Shown here piece by piece: positions 62,213-64,000 of a stretch of 64,000 nucleotides of DNA. The notes below the pieces were generated by a model. The model saw only the letters and a list, made by a program, of their open reading frames with translations. It had not been told where the DNA came from and searched no databases. Origin of the DNA: Candidatus Latescibacterota bacterium (lineage in GTDB: Bacteria; Latescibacterota; UBA2968); NCBI GenBank assembly GCA_965204745.1, contig OZ242010.1, positions 192,001 through 256,000 on the forward strand, in the 5' to 3' direction. Position numbers and translations under genes: made by a program. Position 1 is the first letter of the stretch, and every line of letters begins with the position of its first letter.

Positions 62213-63154
62213 ATGAAAAATTTAATTGACTTGAAATCCTTAACCAAACCCGTAGAGATGCTGATCGAAAAAATCTCTAATGTCGTGGGGGTTCTCTATG
62301 AACCTAAGCGGATCGAAAGAGAAGCAGAGGCTCAGGCAAAGGCTGATGTAATAAAGGCTAAGTCTGAAAATGAGATAACTGCTTTACGACAAAGATCCGA
62401 GCACCGACGGATGATGGAGGAGATGAGACATCAAAAAAATATGGAAAGTATTACTGCTAAAGCATTGCCACAATTGAATGACAATGCAGATGCTAGCCAA
62501 ATGGATGATGATTGGCTAGCCAACTTTTTTGCTAAATGCCGTATTGTCTCTAACGATGAGATGCAAACCCTGTGGTCGCGTATTTTAGCTGGCGAAGCAA
62601 ATACCCCTGGTGCTTACTCAAAAAGGACTGTTAATTGTCTTTCGGAGATGGACAAAGACGAAGCTGAGTTCTTTAAGAAGCTTTGCGGGTTTTGCTGGAG
62701 ATGCAAGATAACAAAAGATTTTCTGCCAACAAATTCTTTTGCTATCTCAAATCAAGTGTATCAAGAAGTTGTAAATGATCCAGATTTAGTGTCTCCGCTG
62801 ATATTTGATTCTAGCGATGCGATCTACAACAAACACGGCATAAGATTTGAGATTTTAGAACACTTCGATAGTATTGGACTTATCAAATTTTTTATGTCGG
62901 TGGATGATAATTTTATATGGACATTTAACGAAGATATTGGAATTTTGGGGATATACCAGGACAAGACCTTTTTTCTCTCGCCAAGTTCTATCGAAAAAGC
63001 TCAGCGCACTGTGAGACTTGGGGTGGTCTCTTTTACAGCAGTAGGAGAAGAACTTGCGACCTTGTGTGAAACTGAACCTGTTGATGGTTTTTATGACTAT
63101 GTGAAAACACAGTGGAAAGAGTATTCGCCCCTGGATATTGCTATTGAATCCTGA
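62213..63154 (+). CDS. DUF2806-like protein
   Basis: QKNMESI, DDDWLANFF and MQTLWSRILAGEANTPGAYSKRT motifs; low GC. Confidence 0.8.
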   Translation: MKNLIDLKSLTKPVEMLIEKISNVVGVLYEPKRIEREAEAQAKADVIKAKSENEITALRQRSEHRRMMEEMRHQKNMESITAKALPQLNDNADASQMDDDWLANFFAKCRIVSNDEMQTLWSRILAGEANTPGAYSKRTVNCLSEMDKDEAEFFKKLCGFCWRCKITKDFLPTNSFAISNQVYQEVVNDPDLVSPLIFDSSDAIYNKHGIRFEILEHFDSIGLIKFFMSVDDNFIWTFNEDIGILGIYQDKTFFLSPSSIEKAQRTVRLGVVSFTAVGEELATLCETEPVDGFYDYVKTQWKEYSPLDIAIES

Positions 63155-63190
63155 CGTTACGCAGTATGTCAATCCCGAACAGGAAACGAA

Positions 63191-64000
63191 ATGGCGACGA
63201 TTCACACCCAAAATATCGAAGACGAGAGCGGTCTTGAAATTGAACGGGAAGATCCGGAAGAGAAGATCATACATCCATTCGATCCCGATCAGATCAAGAT
63301 CAATACGCGCCATATCCTCGTCGAGCAACTCGTCGCACGCATCAAGCACAGTGAGATTGATCTCGCGCCCGATTTTCAGCGTCACAGCAATCTCTGGAAA
63401 GATGAGAACAGGAGCCGCCTTATCGAGTCACTTCTGCTACGTATTCCCATCCCAGTGTTCTATGTCGCTGCTGACGAGGATGATAACTGGTCTGTCGTCG
63501 ATGGCGTTCAGCGTATGTCAACCATTTATGATTACGTGACGGGTGTGTTTCCCTTGACGCGACTTGAATACTTGAGACTGGACGGACAGAAGTACGATGC
63601 ACTTCGGCGACCCTTGCAGCGGCGAATCAGCGAGACCCAATTCATCGTCAACGTCATTGAACCGGGTACACCGCAGGAGGTTATGTTTAATGTTTTTCGC
63701 AGAATCAATACCGGGGGCATGATGCTGAACGCGCAGGAGATTCGCCACGCGCTCAACCCAGGTCACGTCCGGGATTACCTAAAAACACTCGCCGAATCCG
63801 CCGAGTTCATCACAGCTACAAAGGGGAATATCAAGCCAATCCGGATGGCTGACCGCGAGTGCGTGTTGCGCTTTTTGGCTTTTTATATCGATTCCCCAGG
63901 GGAATATACCACCGACGATCTCGATGGTTTTCTGGGAAATGCAATGCAAAAGATCAACAAAATGAGTCATGAGGAGCGCGATGCGTGTAGCGCGGCTTTC
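63191..64000 (+). CDS. DUF262 (ParB-like) protein, runs off the window and is absent from the ORF track
   Basis: Manual translation from ATG 63191 gives PDFQR, SRLIESLLLRIPIP, VVDGVQR and VFRRINTGG. Confidence 0.88.
   Translation, partial: MATIHTQNIEDESGLEIEREDPEEKIIHPFDPDQIKINTRHILVEQLVARIKHSEIDLAPDFQRHSNLWKDENRSRLIESLLLRIPIPVFYVAADEDDNWSVVDGVQRMSTIYDYVTGVFPLTRLEYLRLDGQKYDALRRPLQRRISETQFIVNVIEPGTPQEVMFNVFRRINTGGMMLNAQEIRHALNPGHVRDYLKTLAESAEFITATKGNIKPIRMADRECVLRFLAFYIDSPGEYTTDDLDGFLGNAMQKINKMSHEERDACSAAF

Overview
A GC-rich bacterial chromosome window. The dockerin-like C-terminal modules and a giant GLUG/Calx-beta surface protein suggest a Latescibacterota/Poribacteria-like, possibly sponge-associated lineage; this is inference only. 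Housekeeping and stress genes (KamA-type aminomutase, nfuA, pyrB, fused glyQS, thyA, katA/ahpD, phoBR, peroxiredoxin, an Rsb-type partner-switching cluster) alternate with accessory material. The accessory material includes two DUF990-type ABC operons, toxin-antitoxin pairs, a DUF4365 pair, tandem TIR genes, an R-M plus S system, a DUF262 gene, IS5 (IS903 group), a decayed IS607/TnpB element, MITE/REP-like repeats and many 7-bp tandem repeat arrays. The highlight is two diverged IS110 elements (15270-16566 and 24674-25969) inserted into the purine-rich heptamer repeats. Each has a readable bridge-RNA locus. The donor guides are identical and match the element's circle junction. The target guides differ between copies and co-vary with each copy's own insertion site, and the only mismatches are G-U/G-T wobbles. 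This looks like an RNA-guided recombinase family that targets a genome-wide short tandem repeat. No rRNA, tRNA or CRISPR array was found.
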